A stretch of DNA of 64,000 bases, taken from positions 224,001 to 288,000 of the forward strand of contig CAVXKA010000001.1 in assembly GCA_963762255.1 (NCBI GenBank). The letters are read 5' to 3'. Shown one piece after another: positions 43,858 through 52,615 of this stretch (position 1 is its first letter; every line of letters begins with the position of its first letter). Below the pieces are notes generated by a model. It saw only the letters and a program-made list of their open reading frames with translations. It did not search any database and was not told the origin of the DNA. Made by a program: the position numbers and the translations under genes. Origin of the DNA: Candidatus Eiseniibacteriota bacterium. GTDB lineage: Bacteria; Eisenbacteria; RBG-16-71-46; JABDJR01.

Positions 43858-44732
43858 CGGCGGGCCCCCCTCTCGGGAAGACTCAGACGGAGCGATGCCC
43901 GGTAGGTGTTGCCCAGCATCGCGTGAGTGAGGAACGCAGTGTCGACTTCCCAACGCGTTCCCTTGACGCCGATGCCGCCGGCGAATTCCTCGTCGTAGAT
44001 CCCGGCGCGGACGGCGAAAACATCGTAGAACCAGATCTCCCCCGCATAGTTCCACGTGGGATGATCGCCGAGGTCGGACCGGCTGCACATGATCGTCGAT
44101 TCCGGACGCCAGCGATAGGACGCCGACAGCTCCACCCCGCCGGGAACCTTGTCTCCCCCGCTGTCCCCGATGAAGTTGAACTCCGGCTCGCCGAGATTTC
44201 GCAGCACGGCGCCGAATCGCCAGTTCGTCCGTTCTTGCCACAGGAGTCCGAGATCCCCGGTGAACTTGGTCTTGGATCCGAAATCGCGGTCGGGCCCACC
44301 CGCGTGACTGTCGAAGGATACGGCGGCGAGCTTACCGGTGGCGCCGAGGTGAACGGCCCGGTTGTTGTCGCGATATACCCAGCGCCCGTAGGAGAGACCG
44401 ATCAGATCCTCGGACACCACCCCATCCAGAGCCAGTCGGTGCCAGGATAGAGCCGTTCCCCCTCCGGCGAAGGGGAGCCCGGCGACCACGGACCCCGAGG
44501 TGAGATCCTCGACCATATAAGGACGCGAGTAGGTGAATAGACCCTGGGGCTGAGCGAGGACCGACAGCGCTGCGGGATTCCAGTGAGCGGCGGAAACGTC
44601 CTCGACGGCAGCGCCGAAGCTCCCGGCCAAGGCAAGTCCCCGCGCATCCACGTCAACACGTTCGAAGTAGGCACCGGCCGGAGCCGCGAGAAGAAGCACG
44701 GCTAGAAGCGCAAGCGGCAGCGCGCGCGTCAT
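43854..44732 (-). CDS. PorV/PorP(SprF)-like (FadL superfamily) beta-barrel
   Basis: Signal peptide; hallmark ARGLALAGSFGAAVEDVSAAHWNPAAL; AVRAG..AGGIG..VDTAF..H..LGNTYRASL. Confidence 0.75.
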   Translation of the reverse strand: MTRALPLALLAVLLLAAPAGAYFERVDVDARGLALAGSFGAAVEDVSAAHWNPAALSVLAQPQGLFTYSRPYMVEDLTSGSVVAGLPFAGGGTALSWHRLALDGVVSEDLIGLSYGRWVYRDNNRAVHLGATGKLAAVSFDSHAGGPDRDFGSKTKFTGDLGLLWQERTNWRFGAVLRNLGEPEFNFIGDSGGDKVPGGVELSASYRWRPESTIMCSRSDLGDHPTWNYAGEIWFYDVFAVRAGIYDEEFAGGIGVKGTRWEVDTAFLTHAMLGNTYRASLRLSLPERGARR

Positions 44733-44772
44733 CTCATCGCCCTCCCGCCGTTGGAACGATCCGGCGCCCGCA

Positions 44773-46131
44773 TCACCGGACCACCGCGATGCCGCGCCGG
44801 GCCTGGTCCTGGTCGGGCTCCAGGACGATCTGAAGGACGTAGATGCCGGCCTTGAGCAGCATCCCGTCGTCGTCGCGTCCGTCGAAGACGTTGGCCACAT
44901 GGGGTTCCGGAGCCTCCAGCTCGGCGGGCGTGAAGGCGTAGCTGTCATAGATCGTCCGCACGCGCTCGCCGTTCATATCGAAAACCCGCGCGGTGAACTT
45001 GATGCGCCGGGTGCGCCGCAGGTTCTCGTCGGTGATCCGCGGCGTCACGGTGAACCGGAATCCAAGGACATCGCCGAGCTCGGGAGCGATCGCCTTGGGC
45101 ACCGCCGTGAACTGATCGATCTGCAGGGCTTGCCCACGCACCGGCGGCGGCACGAAGAAGTAGCTCTCGACGTAGGCGGCATACTCCTCGGGAGTCTGCT
45201 GCGCGGAGGGCACCCGAACCGGAACGCCGAAATCGGCCACATGGTCCGGCGTGGCTCCCCCCGCAGCATTCACACGGTCGAGGGGGATGCGCACGAAGTT
45301 GTCCAGCACCACCGGGACCGCCGAGTCGACTTGCGTACCGCTGATGTTGTCGGGAGCGGTGTCGGGCCCGCCCCCGCCGTCGCCGCCGGTCGTGACCCAC
45401 GCGGCGAGCCGGATCTCCGTGACATCCGTGGGCATGACATAGACCGAGTCGCCGTAGTCGGCGCTGTACTCCCATGTCCCCTTGCCGAGGAAGATCGTAT
45501 CCCAGGGGATCGCCGCCTCCATGGCCCGGTTGGGAAGATCGCCGTTGAAGTTGGCGACGGTGAGGAAGCTCTCGGTAGCGACCTGGCTGTCCCGATTGGG
45601 CCCGGTGTAAGTCCAGAGCTGGGGAACGGTGTTGCGGTCCCAGGTGGCAAGGAAGACCTCGGGATTGAATCCGTTGTCGAACGAGACCGAGCGCCGCCAC
45701 CCTCCTTCGATCGACGAGAACGAGGTCCACCCCGGGTTCTGGCGGTCGGGCAGGGTGTCGAAGAAGATCATGATGTTGTTGTTGAAGCTGTACCCCTCGA
45801 CCGCCACATAGAGAAAGCGTGCGTCCCACGTGATGCGAATGTTGTTGATGTCGTTGAAGCGGCCCCACTGGGAGTCGATCGCGCTCTCCTCGGGCGCCCC
45901 ATTCGGCGTGCGCTGAAAGATCGTCTCGTCGTCCAAATAATCCGCGGTCGACCCGTCGATGACGATTCGATCGGTGAGGTCGATCGCGGTGCCGGCGCGA
46001 GCGATCGGAGCGGACAAGAAGAGAGCGAGAATGACCACCGCCGGAAGTGCCCGGCAGGCGGGCAAACCGCCGCGCAGCGCACTCTGCGAGGCCGTTCGCA
46101 GCCAAGAGCGGAGGGACGAATGGAGGTTCAC
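44773..46131 (-). CDS. Secreted DOMON/CBM9-like protein with type-B-like C-terminal sorting domain
   Basis: Signal peptide ARA; IVIDG..DI..IRITWDARFLYVAV..MEAAIPW; CTD VFDMNGERVRT..FDGRDDDG..AGIYVL..IAVVR. Confidence 0.7.
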   Translation of the reverse strand: MNLHSSLRSWLRTASQSALRGGLPACRALPAVVILALFLSAPIARAGTAIDLTDRIVIDGSTADYLDDETIFQRTPNGAPEESAIDSQWGRFNDINNIRITWDARFLYVAVEGYSFNNNIMIFFDTLPDRQNPGWTSFSSIEGGWRRSVSFDNGFNPEVFLATWDRNTVPQLWTYTGPNRDSQVATESFLTVANFNGDLPNRAMEAAIPWDTIFLGKGTWEYSADYGDSVYVMPTDVTEIRLAAWVTTGGDGGGGPDTAPDNISGTQVDSAVPVVLDNFVRIPLDRVNAAGGATPDHVADFGVPVRVPSAQQTPEEYAAYVESYFFVPPPVRGQALQIDQFTAVPKAIAPELGDVLGFRFTVTPRITDENLRRTRRIKFTARVFDMNGERVRTIYDSYAFTPAELEAPEPHVANVFDGRDDDGMLLKAGIYVLQIVLEPDQDQARRGIAVVR

Positions 46132-46185
46132 GCGTTCAAGCCTTCCGAGTGAGGGCGAGCCTGATGCGGAGAGGATAGGGTCCCG

Positions 46186-46199
46186 TTGGACCGCTCCAA
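46186..46199. promoter_or_regulatory. LacI-type operator 2 (TTGGACCGCTCCAA)
   Basis: Palindrome immediately downstream of the -10 box, over the predicted TSS. Confidence 0.8.
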
Positions 46200-46228
46200 A
46201 AACTAGTGGAGAGGTCGCCGGGTGTCAA
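46200..46228 (-). promoter_or_regulatory. Sigma-70 promoter TTGACA-17-TAGTTT for the glucan operon
   Basis: Perfect -35 at 46228-46223, 17-bp spacer, -10 at 46205-46200. Confidence 0.75.
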
Positions 46229-46268
46229 GCCATCGGGGACATCGGAGGAGGATCCGTGCGCCGACCGG

Positions 46269-47309
46269 TCAGGGTTGGGACACGGGCGGTGGGCCGCTTG
46301 ACTCGCGCGCCACCAACCGGGTGGGAACGACCCGCTCCACCGGTTCCGGATCCCGGAGTTCGAGGATCTCGAGCAGGAGCTGGGTGGCCATGCGGCCGAT
46401 GTCGTAGATGGGCTGCGAGAGGGTCGTCAGACGGGGGCGCACGTAGGTGGTCAGCCGGATGTCGTCCGCTCCAACGACCGTCAAGTCCTCTGGGACGTGC
46501 AGTCCGAACTCCTCCTGCGCCACGCGGAGCGCTCCCAGGGCCATCATGTCGTTGGCCGCCATCAGCGCCGTCGGGCGAGGGCGACGTACGAGAAGCGCCC
46601 GCGCCGCCTCGGCCCCACTCGATTCTGAAAAATTTCCCCAAAGACGAAGGTCGTCCTCCATGGCGATTCCCGCTTCGGCGAGGCCGTCCAGAAATCCGAG
46701 GCTGCGGTCCTGCCCCACCGTCGTGTTCTCGAGCCCGCCGATGAACGCGATGCGGCGGTGCCCGAGCGAGACGAGGTGACCGACCATCTCGCGGGCCCCG
46801 GACCGGTTGTCCGCGTAGACCGCGCTCGCTCCCGGCATGCGGGTGTTGACCAGCACCAGCGGCGTCCGCAATTCGATCAACTCGCGGACGTAGGCATCCT
46901 CCTTGATCGTGCCGAGCAGCAGCATGCCGTCGGCGGCGCCCTGCCGAAGCAGGCGGCGATGGGTCGCGTGTTCGAGGAAGCGCGCGTTGGCCATTTCGAT
47001 CACGAGTCGATACCCGGCCTCGGAGAGCACGTCGGAAATGCCGCTGATGGCCTCGGCGAAATAGACGTCGGCGAGCACGTGCGATCCGGTGGCGGGCAGG
47101 ATGACCGCCGCGGCGTTGGCGCGCCGGCGCGCGAGGCCGCGGGCCATGGTGTTGGGCTGGTAGCCCGCTGTCTCGATCACTTCGAGCACGCGGTCCCGGG
47201 TCACGGCGGTGATGCGCGGGTCGCCGTTGATGACGAGCGACACCGTCGAGCGCGAGACGCCGGCCAGGCGCGCGATGTCCCGAATGGTGGGCTTCGCAGT
47301 TTCGTGCAC
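46269..47309 (-). CDS. LacI-family transcriptional repressor
   Basis: TIRDIARLAGVSRSTVSLVIN, YQPNTMARGL, LGHRRIAFI, NDMMALG, VPEDLTVVGADD, LTTLSQP; GTG start after a GGAGAGG RBS. Confidence 0.94.
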   Translation of the reverse strand: MHETAKPTIRDIARLAGVSRSTVSLVINGDPRITAVTRDRVLEVIETAGYQPNTMARGLARRRANAAAVILPATGSHVLADVYFAEAISGISDVLSEAGYRLVIEMANARFLEHATHRRLLRQGAADGMLLLGTIKEDAYVRELIELRTPLVLVNTRMPGASAVYADNRSGAREMVGHLVSLGHRRIAFIGGLENTTVGQDRSLGFLDGLAEAGIAMEDDLRLWGNFSESSGAEAARALLVRRPRPTALMAANDMMALGALRVAQEEFGLHVPEDLTVVGADDIRLTTYVRPRLTTLSQPIYDIGRMATQLLLEILELRDPEPVERVVPTRLVARESSGPPPVSQP

Positions 47310-47346
47310 GAGAATCCTCTCCGAAAAACCGCGGGGATTCGTTGCG

Positions 47347-47365
47347 TTGGATCGGTCCAATTATA
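47347..47365 (-). promoter_or_regulatory. LacI-type operator 3 (TTGGATCGGTCCAA) abutting a TATAAT -10 box: autoregulation
   Basis: Minus strand reads TATAATTGGACCGATCCAA, upstream of lacI. Confidence 0.75.
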
Positions 47366-49394
47366 CGCCTCGGCCTCGTCCAAGCCGAGCCATCGCCACG
47401 AGGGCGACCACGCCCACGGCAAGGGCCCCGATCAGGATCCCGAGCGGGGGGACCGCGTCCTCCGCTAGCCAGGGAATCCGCCCCACGACCGCCGTGTTCG
47501 TGGCCAGGACCGCGATCGCGTTGTTGGCCGCGTGGAGCACGATCGAGGGCCAGAGGCTCCCGGTCACCAAGGCCACCCAGCCAAGGACGAGCCCCAGCAC
47601 GGCGGTGGGAAGGAGGCGGTACAGATCGAAGTGGAAGGCCCCGAACAGGAGCGCCGACCAGAGGACAGCCTTGGCGGGGGAGACGCGCTGGAGCAGCCCC
47701 CGGAGCACGTAACCGCGGAAGAGAGTCTCCTCGCACAGGGCAGGCAGGACGGCGAAGACGAGGATTGCCAGCGCGAGCCCTCCCCCGCTCTCTGTGGTGA
47801 CGAGACGGTGCATGATCTCCCGATAGGACTCGGGGATCTGGACCACGACTCCCTGCAGGATCGCCGCCAACGCGGCGAGGCCGGTGGCGACCGGCGCGGC
47901 GAGCAGAGCCAGGAGCGGGAGCGCGGCGGGTCGGGGGCGACCGAGCCGAAGCGTGCGCACGATCGGGATGCCCAGCATGCGCAGTGAAATGAGCGGAATC
48001 CCGGCGATGACCGCGAGTTGGGTCACGGCCAGCCCGAGCTTCACGCCGTGCATCTGGAGCGGCGTGCCGACGTAGAAGAAACCGAGGAGCACGAGAAGGA
48101 AGACGGGGGCCACCACCGAGGGAGTGAGCACGCCTTCCCGCGTGCGCTCGGCGCGGGGGAGAAGGCTTCGCCACGAGAATCGCATCGCACCGCCGCCGTC
48201 CTCCAGCATGGTCTCGGCGCCGAAGAGGCTTACTGCGCGATGCAGCAGCAGGAGTGCGAGCCCGGTCATGACGGCCATGGTCACGACCAGGAAGGGACCG
48301 GGCACGTTCCCGAGGAGGAACTCGCGAGAGAGAAGAACGACGTTGGCCACCGGCACCAGGGCCAGGGTCGGGCTCAGCTCGATCCCCGGCAGCATGGTGA
48401 CGTAGGCGGGAGCCACGCAGGCCAGCACGAGCGGCGACAGATAGTTCTGCGCCTCCTTGAACGATCGTGCAAATGACGCCACCAGGACGGACAGCGCGCT
48501 GAAGAAGAGCGCCATCGGGATCATGATCGCGAAGATGAGGAGGATCGCCCGCCAATCCACGAGAGAGACCAGTCCCTGCGCGGCTGACCCGCCCAACTTG
48601 GCGCTCCCGATGAGAAAGAAGATGGTGAAGGCGATCGAGACGAGGTTGGCCAGCGTGGTGACCAGCGACGCGATGAACACGGTCAGGAACTTGCCGAGGA
48701 CCAGATTGAAACGGCCGGCGGGGGTCACGAGCAGGGTCTCGAGCGTTCCCCGCTCGCGCTCTCCCGCGGTCACGTCGATGGCGGGATAGAACGCCCCGGT
48801 CATCATCATGATCACGAGGATGACGGGGAGGAATCGCCCCACGAACGAGCCGCCCATCTGGCGTGCGTCAGCGGCGTTGTCCACGCGCACGTCGAAGGGA
48901 CGGGTGAAGGTCTCGGGGAGGCTGCGCTCGGCCAGCCGCCGGGTCACGACCCGGTCACGCCAATCGAACAGGAAGTTCTCCATACGGTCGCGCATTTCCG
49001 TCCCGCGATCGCGCGAGAGGTCGACGCGCACGACGGCCTCGGCGCTGTCCTGGCGCGCGATCCGCGATTCGAAGTCGGCGGGGAGCTCCACGATGACATC
49101 GATGTCGCGCGCCTTGAGAGCGGAATCGGGCTGAGCGGGCTGGAGGAGGACGAAGGTGGTGTCCGCGGCGAGCGCCTGCGCCAGCTCAGGGGCCGCGTCG
49201 GCGGGTACGAACGCCACCCGCGCGCGGCTCTGGCGAAGCTTCTCGACCTGCTGGAGCCCCAACTGGGAGATCACGATGATGAGGAGCGGGTAGATGAGCA
49301 GCGGCAGCACCACCATGGCGAGGATCGTGCGCCGGTCGCGCAGCGTGTCGAGGGTTTCCTTGCGCCAAACGAGAAGGATCTCAGCCCAGCTCAC
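47361..49394 (-). CDS. NatB-like ABC-2 permease fused to a CPBP/Abi (CAAX-type) intramembrane protease
   Basis: KETLDTLRDRRT, AIDVTAGERERGTLETLL, ARSFKEAQNY; C-terminal EETLFRG, FGAFH, H..NN. Confidence 0.88.
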   Translation of the reverse strand: MSWAEILLVWRKETLDTLRDRRTILAMVVLPLLIYPLLIIVISQLGLQQVEKLRQSRARVAFVPADAAPELAQALAADTTFVLLQPAQPDSALKARDIDVIVELPADFESRIARQDSAEAVVRVDLSRDRGTEMRDRMENFLFDWRDRVVTRRLAERSLPETFTRPFDVRVDNAADARQMGGSFVGRFLPVILVIMMMTGAFYPAIDVTAGERERGTLETLLVTPAGRFNLVLGKFLTVFIASLVTTLANLVSIAFTIFFLIGSAKLGGSAAQGLVSLVDWRAILLIFAIMIPMALFFSALSVLVASFARSFKEAQNYLSPLVLACVAPAYVTMLPGIELSPTLALVPVANVVLLSREFLLGNVPGPFLVVTMAVMTGLALLLLHRAVSLFGAETMLEDGGGAMRFSWRSLLPRAERTREGVLTPSVVAPVFLLVLLGFFYVGTPLQMHGVKLGLAVTQLAVIAGIPLISLRMLGIPIVRTLRLGRPRPAALPLLALLAAPVATGLAALAAILQGVVVQIPESYREIMHRLVTTESGGGLALAILVFAVLPALCEETLFRGYVLRGLLQRVSPAKAVLWSALLFGAFHFDLYRLLPTAVLGLVLGWVALVTGSLWPSIVLHAANNAIAVLATNTAVVGRIPWLAEDAVPPLGILIGALAVGVVALVAMARLGRGRGV

Positions 49395-50155
49395 CGTGCC
49401 GCCTCCCCCTCGGCGAGCAGCGCCAGAAACACGTCCTCGACCATGCTCTTCCCGGTGCGGCGGCGGAGATCCTCCACCGTCCCCGCGGCGACGATCCGCC
49501 CCTGATGAAGGATGGCGATCTCGTCGCAGAGCCGTTCCGCCTCGCTCATGATGTGGGTCGAGAAGAGGACGCACTTGCCCTCATCGCGTGAGCCGAGGAT
49601 GAACTCGACGAGATGCCGGCTGGCGAGCACGTCGAGGCCGGTGGTGGGTTCGTCCAGGATAAGCACCGGCGGGTCGTGCACGATCGCGCGGGCGATCGAG
49701 ACCTTTTGCTTCATGCCGGTGGAGAGATCGCCGCACCGCTTGTGCTGGAACGGGGCGATCTGAAGGCGATCGAAGAGGAAGTCGATCCGGCGTTCCGCGA
49801 TGCCGGGTTCCATGCCGTAGAGACGGGCGAAGTAACGCACGGCTTCCCGCGCGGTCAGCCGCGGGTAAAGCCCCGTGGAGCCGGTGAGAAAGCCGATCCG
49901 GCGTCGGACCTCCGCCGGCGCCCCCGTCACGCTGAAGCCGCCGACCTCCGCGGTTCCCCCGGTGGGGGGGATGAGGGTCGAGAGGATGCGCAGCGTCGTG
50001 GTCTTCCCCGCGCCGTTCGGGCCCAGGAGCCCGAAGATGCGGCCGGGCCCCGCATCGAAGGAGATGCGGTCGACGGCGAAGAAGGGCGCGCCATCGGGCG
50101 AGGAATAGGCCTTCGAGAGCCCCTCGACGTGAATCGCCCCGGAGATGCCGGTCAT
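49391..50155 (-). CDS. NatA-like ABC ATP-binding protein
   Basis: [31 protein letters not shown]. Confidence 0.92.
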   Translation of the reverse strand: MTGISGAIHVEGLSKAYSSPDGAPFFAVDRISFDAGPGRIFGLLGPNGAGKTTTLRILSTLIPPTGGTAEVGGFSVTGAPAEVRRRIGFLTGSTGLYPRLTAREAVRYFARLYGMEPGIAERRIDFLFDRLQIAPFQHKRCGDLSTGMKQKVSIARAIVHDPPVLILDEPTTGLDVLASRHLVEFILGSRDEGKCVLFSTHIMSEAERLCDEIAILHQGRIVAAGTVEDLRRRTGKSMVEDVFLALLAEGEAAR

Positions 50156-50382
50156 CGGTCCTTGGGCGCCGCGTCGCGGTGTTCGGTGTAGTCGACGTCG
50201 ATCACCCGGCCGCTCTCTTGCGGAGCCTCTGCGCGTGTGCCGCGCCGCACCTCGGGTCGGCCGCCGGGTTGCCCCTGCCCCGCCAGTGCCCGCACGACAA
50301 CGAGTACGAAACGCACGAAGACCACGATCAAGACCGCAATCAGGATGCGCAGCAGCATACGGCCGATACCCCCGACATTCAC
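50152..50382 (-). CDS. Small single-TM hypothetical protein
   Basis: One TM plus a VIDVDY tail; ATGA coupling to the ABC ATPase. Confidence 0.55.
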   Translation of the reverse strand: MNVGGIGRMLLRILIAVLIVVFVRFVLVVVRALAGQGQPGGRPEVRRGTRAEAPQESGRVIDVDYTEHRDAAPKDR

Positions 50383-50404
50383 CCCGGTCCAGGCCGGTGC
50401 CCGA

Positions 50405-50758
50405 TCAGTGAAAACTCGTCCCCGAGGTCCGCATGTAGTCCTCGATCGCCATGCAGGCCCGGCTCTCCTGGTCCTCGAAGACCAGCACTCGGCCCCAGTA
50501 GCCGTCGATGAGTCGCAGCAATCCCTCGTGCCCGGGCACCTGGAGAGACTGCAGCCACGCTTCGATGCCTTCAGCTTCGAGAATCTTCTGCACGGTGAGC
50601 GCGGCGATCTCGTCGGGAGCCAGGAACACCGTCTTCGTGCGGAGTTCCCGATCGCGGATATCCGGCGGGGGCTCGTGATGCGGGGCGACCTTCACCCCGC
50701 AGTCCGGGCAGAACTCCTCGCAGATTTCTCCCATCCCGCAGTTCGGGCAGGTATGCAT
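50405..50758 (-). CDS. Zinc-ribbon + DUF2007-like (putative signal-transducing) protein
   Basis: CPNC..FCPDCG; EIAALTVQKILEAEGIEA..RVLV.ED; GGAGG RBS. Confidence 0.65.
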   Translation of the reverse strand: MHTCPNCGMGEICEEFCPDCGVKVAPHHEPPPDIRDRELRTKTVFLAPDEIAALTVQKILEAEGIEAWLQSLQVPGHEGLLRLIDGYWGRVLVFEDQESRACMAIEDYMRTSGTSFH

Positions 50759-50823
50759 GTCGACCTCCGTCCACCGATCCCAGCACCGCCTCGACCCGCG
50801 CGAATCCTAGCACAGCGGAGCTG

Positions 50824-50864
50824 AAAAAATGGGCGCCCCTCGCCGCGAAGGCGAAGGGCGCCCA
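50824..50864 (-). terminator. Intrinsic terminator after the OmpA-fusion gene
   Basis: About 15-bp GC stem followed by six U on the minus strand. Confidence 0.8.
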
Positions 50865-50898
50865 AGGAGGTAAAGATGCGCCGTCTAGAGGACGGTTG

Positions 50899-52518
50899 TT
50901 ACTTGATGACCACGAACTCGATGCGGCGGTTCCGCGCGCGACCGAGGTCGGTGTCGTTGCTGTCGATCGGCCGAGACTCGCCGAAGCCGCGCGTCTGCAG
51001 GCGGCTTGCGTCGATTCCGCGGTTCACCAGGTAGGTCTTCACCGTTTCACCCCGGCGCTCGGACAGCTTGAGATTCGACTCGTCGCTTCCGATGTTGTCG
51101 GTGTGACCCTGGATCTCGACACGGATCTTCGGGTTCTCCTTCATGATCCGGACCACTTCCTCGAGCACGGGGATAGGATCGGCCCCGCTGATCTCGGCGG
51201 TCGCGAACTTGAAGTTGATGTAGGCCAACGGGAAGTAGATCGGGGCCTCGTCCGGGCATCCGTCCGAGTCCTCGAACCCGTTCACCGTCTCCGCCTCGTT
51301 CGGGCACTTGTCGTTGACGTCAAGGATGCCGTCACCGTCGTTGTCCAGATCCGGGCAGCCATCCTGATCCTCGAACCCGTCCATGTCCTCGGCCTGATCC
51401 GGACACTGGTCGTTGACATCGAGGATGCCGTCCCCGTCGTTATCGAAATCGGGGCAGCCGTCGGTGTCCTGATAGCCGTCGAAGTCCTCGGGCTGATCGG
51501 GGCACTGATCGCTGACGTCCGGGATGCCGTCCTGGTCACGGTCCTTCATCCCGCCCGACCGATACAGGTCGCGGCGCTCGCCGAAGTCCAGACCGAGCGA
51601 GAACCGGTGGTTCTCGTCCATGAACTTCTGGGGCTCCACCACGTACGCGTAGTCGAACTTGAAGAACTTGACTCCGAGGCCGAAGCCGCCGGCGAAGTTC
51701 CCATCGTCCACGCCCAGACGGAGAGCACCCGAGAAGTCCTCACTCAGAGGCACCCAGTACTCCGCGCCGCCGTGGAAACGGTAGTTCTCGTCGTCGCGCG
51801 TCTTCTCGACATCCGCACCCAACGTCAGGCCGTCGACCGGCGACAGCGCCGCGCCGAAGCGCAGGTTGGACGGGACGTCGTTGACGTCGCCCTGGTCCTG
51901 GTCTCCGACCTTGGTGAACAGATCCTGAACGACGATGCCCAAGCGGGCATACTCGGTCAGTGCGAACTGCGCACCGAGATCGAAACCGATACCGTTGGCG
52001 CCGTCATCGCTGACGCTGCTGGCACCGATGCCTTGGGTCACCAGCTTGCCGGTGATTCCCAAGTTGACCGGACCCGCAGCGGTGGCCGCGGAGAGCATGA
52101 TCGCGTTGTCGTTGAAGTCGTAGAGACCCTCAGCGGCTCCGGTGCTCCCGGTTTGACGGATGTCGGTCATGTTGGCGTTCACCCAGCCGAGTCCGAGAGC
52201 GAATCTCTCCCAGCCGTAGGCAGCGCCAACGTAGTTGTGATTGCGATCCACGGTCATCCCGCCGGTAAACATCCCGGACAGGCTGAATCCGCGGAGCAAA
52301 GAAAGGCCGGCCGGATTCCAGTAACCGGCTGCCACATCGTTGGCAACCGCGCTTCCGGTACCGCCCATGCCATAGTATCTAGCCCCAATCCCGGCCCGCA
52401 AGAACGGAGCCAAGTGGTTGCTCTGCTCCTCGACAGCGTAAGACGCCGCGGGCGCCACTGCCGTCAGGAGGAGGCCGATCAGGGCAACGGCCCATGCGCC
52501 TCGGTTCCTACGAAACAT
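50899..52518 (-). CDS. PorV-like beta-barrel + TSP3 Ca-binding repeats + OmpA_C peptidoglycan-binding domain
   Basis: FLRAGIGARYYGMGG..ANDVAAGYWNPAGL; FDYAY..NHRFSL; 3x D.D.DGI.D..D.CP; IQGHTDNIG..NLKLSERR..GFGESRP..NRRIEF. Confidence 0.85.
   Translation of the reverse strand: MFRRNRGAWAVALIGLLLTAVAPAASYAVEEQSNHLAPFLRAGIGARYYGMGGTGSAVANDVAAGYWNPAGLSLLRGFSLSGMFTGGMTVDRNHNYVGAAYGWERFALGLGWVNANMTDIRQTGSTGAAEGLYDFNDNAIMLSAATAAGPVNLGITGKLVTQGIGASSVSDDGANGIGFDLGAQFALTEYARLGIVVQDLFTKVGDQDQGDVNDVPSNLRFGAALSPVDGLTLGADVEKTRDDENYRFHGGAEYWVPLSEDFSGALRLGVDDGNFAGGFGLGVKFFKFDYAYVVEPQKFMDENHRFSLGLDFGERRDLYRSGGMKDRDQDGIPDVSDQCPDQPEDFDGYQDTDGCPDFDNDGDGILDVNDQCPDQAEDMDGFEDQDGCPDLDNDGDGILDVNDKCPNEAETVNGFEDSDGCPDEAPIYFPLAYINFKFATAEISGADPIPVLEEVVRIMKENPKIRVEIQGHTDNIGSDESNLKLSERRGETVKTYLVNRGIDASRLQTRGFGESRPIDSNDTDLGRARNRRIEFVVIK
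51247..51543 (-). repeat. Three 99-bp (33-aa) TSP3-type intragenic repeats
   Basis: DxDxDGIxDVxDxCPxxxExxxGxxDxDGCPD x3. Confidence 0.8.
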
Positions 52519-52580
52519 CTCCTTTACCTCCTTGCTCATCCCTGCAGCGCTTCCAGTCTGAGTGCCGCACAGCGAGAGAG

Positions 52581-52608
52581 CCGTGGGGCCGGAAATCCGG
52601 CCCCACGG
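52581..52608 (-). terminator. Strong hairpin between the giant gene and the barrel gene (no U tract)
   Basis: CCGTGGGGCCGG-aaat-CCGGCCCCACGG perfect 12-bp stem. Confidence 0.55.
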
Positions 52609-52615
52609 TCCTCGA

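Noticed and set aside
46225-48555. 776-aa minus-strand ORF spanning the permease and lacI
   Set aside because: Arg/Pro-rich off-frame product overlapping two well-supported genes
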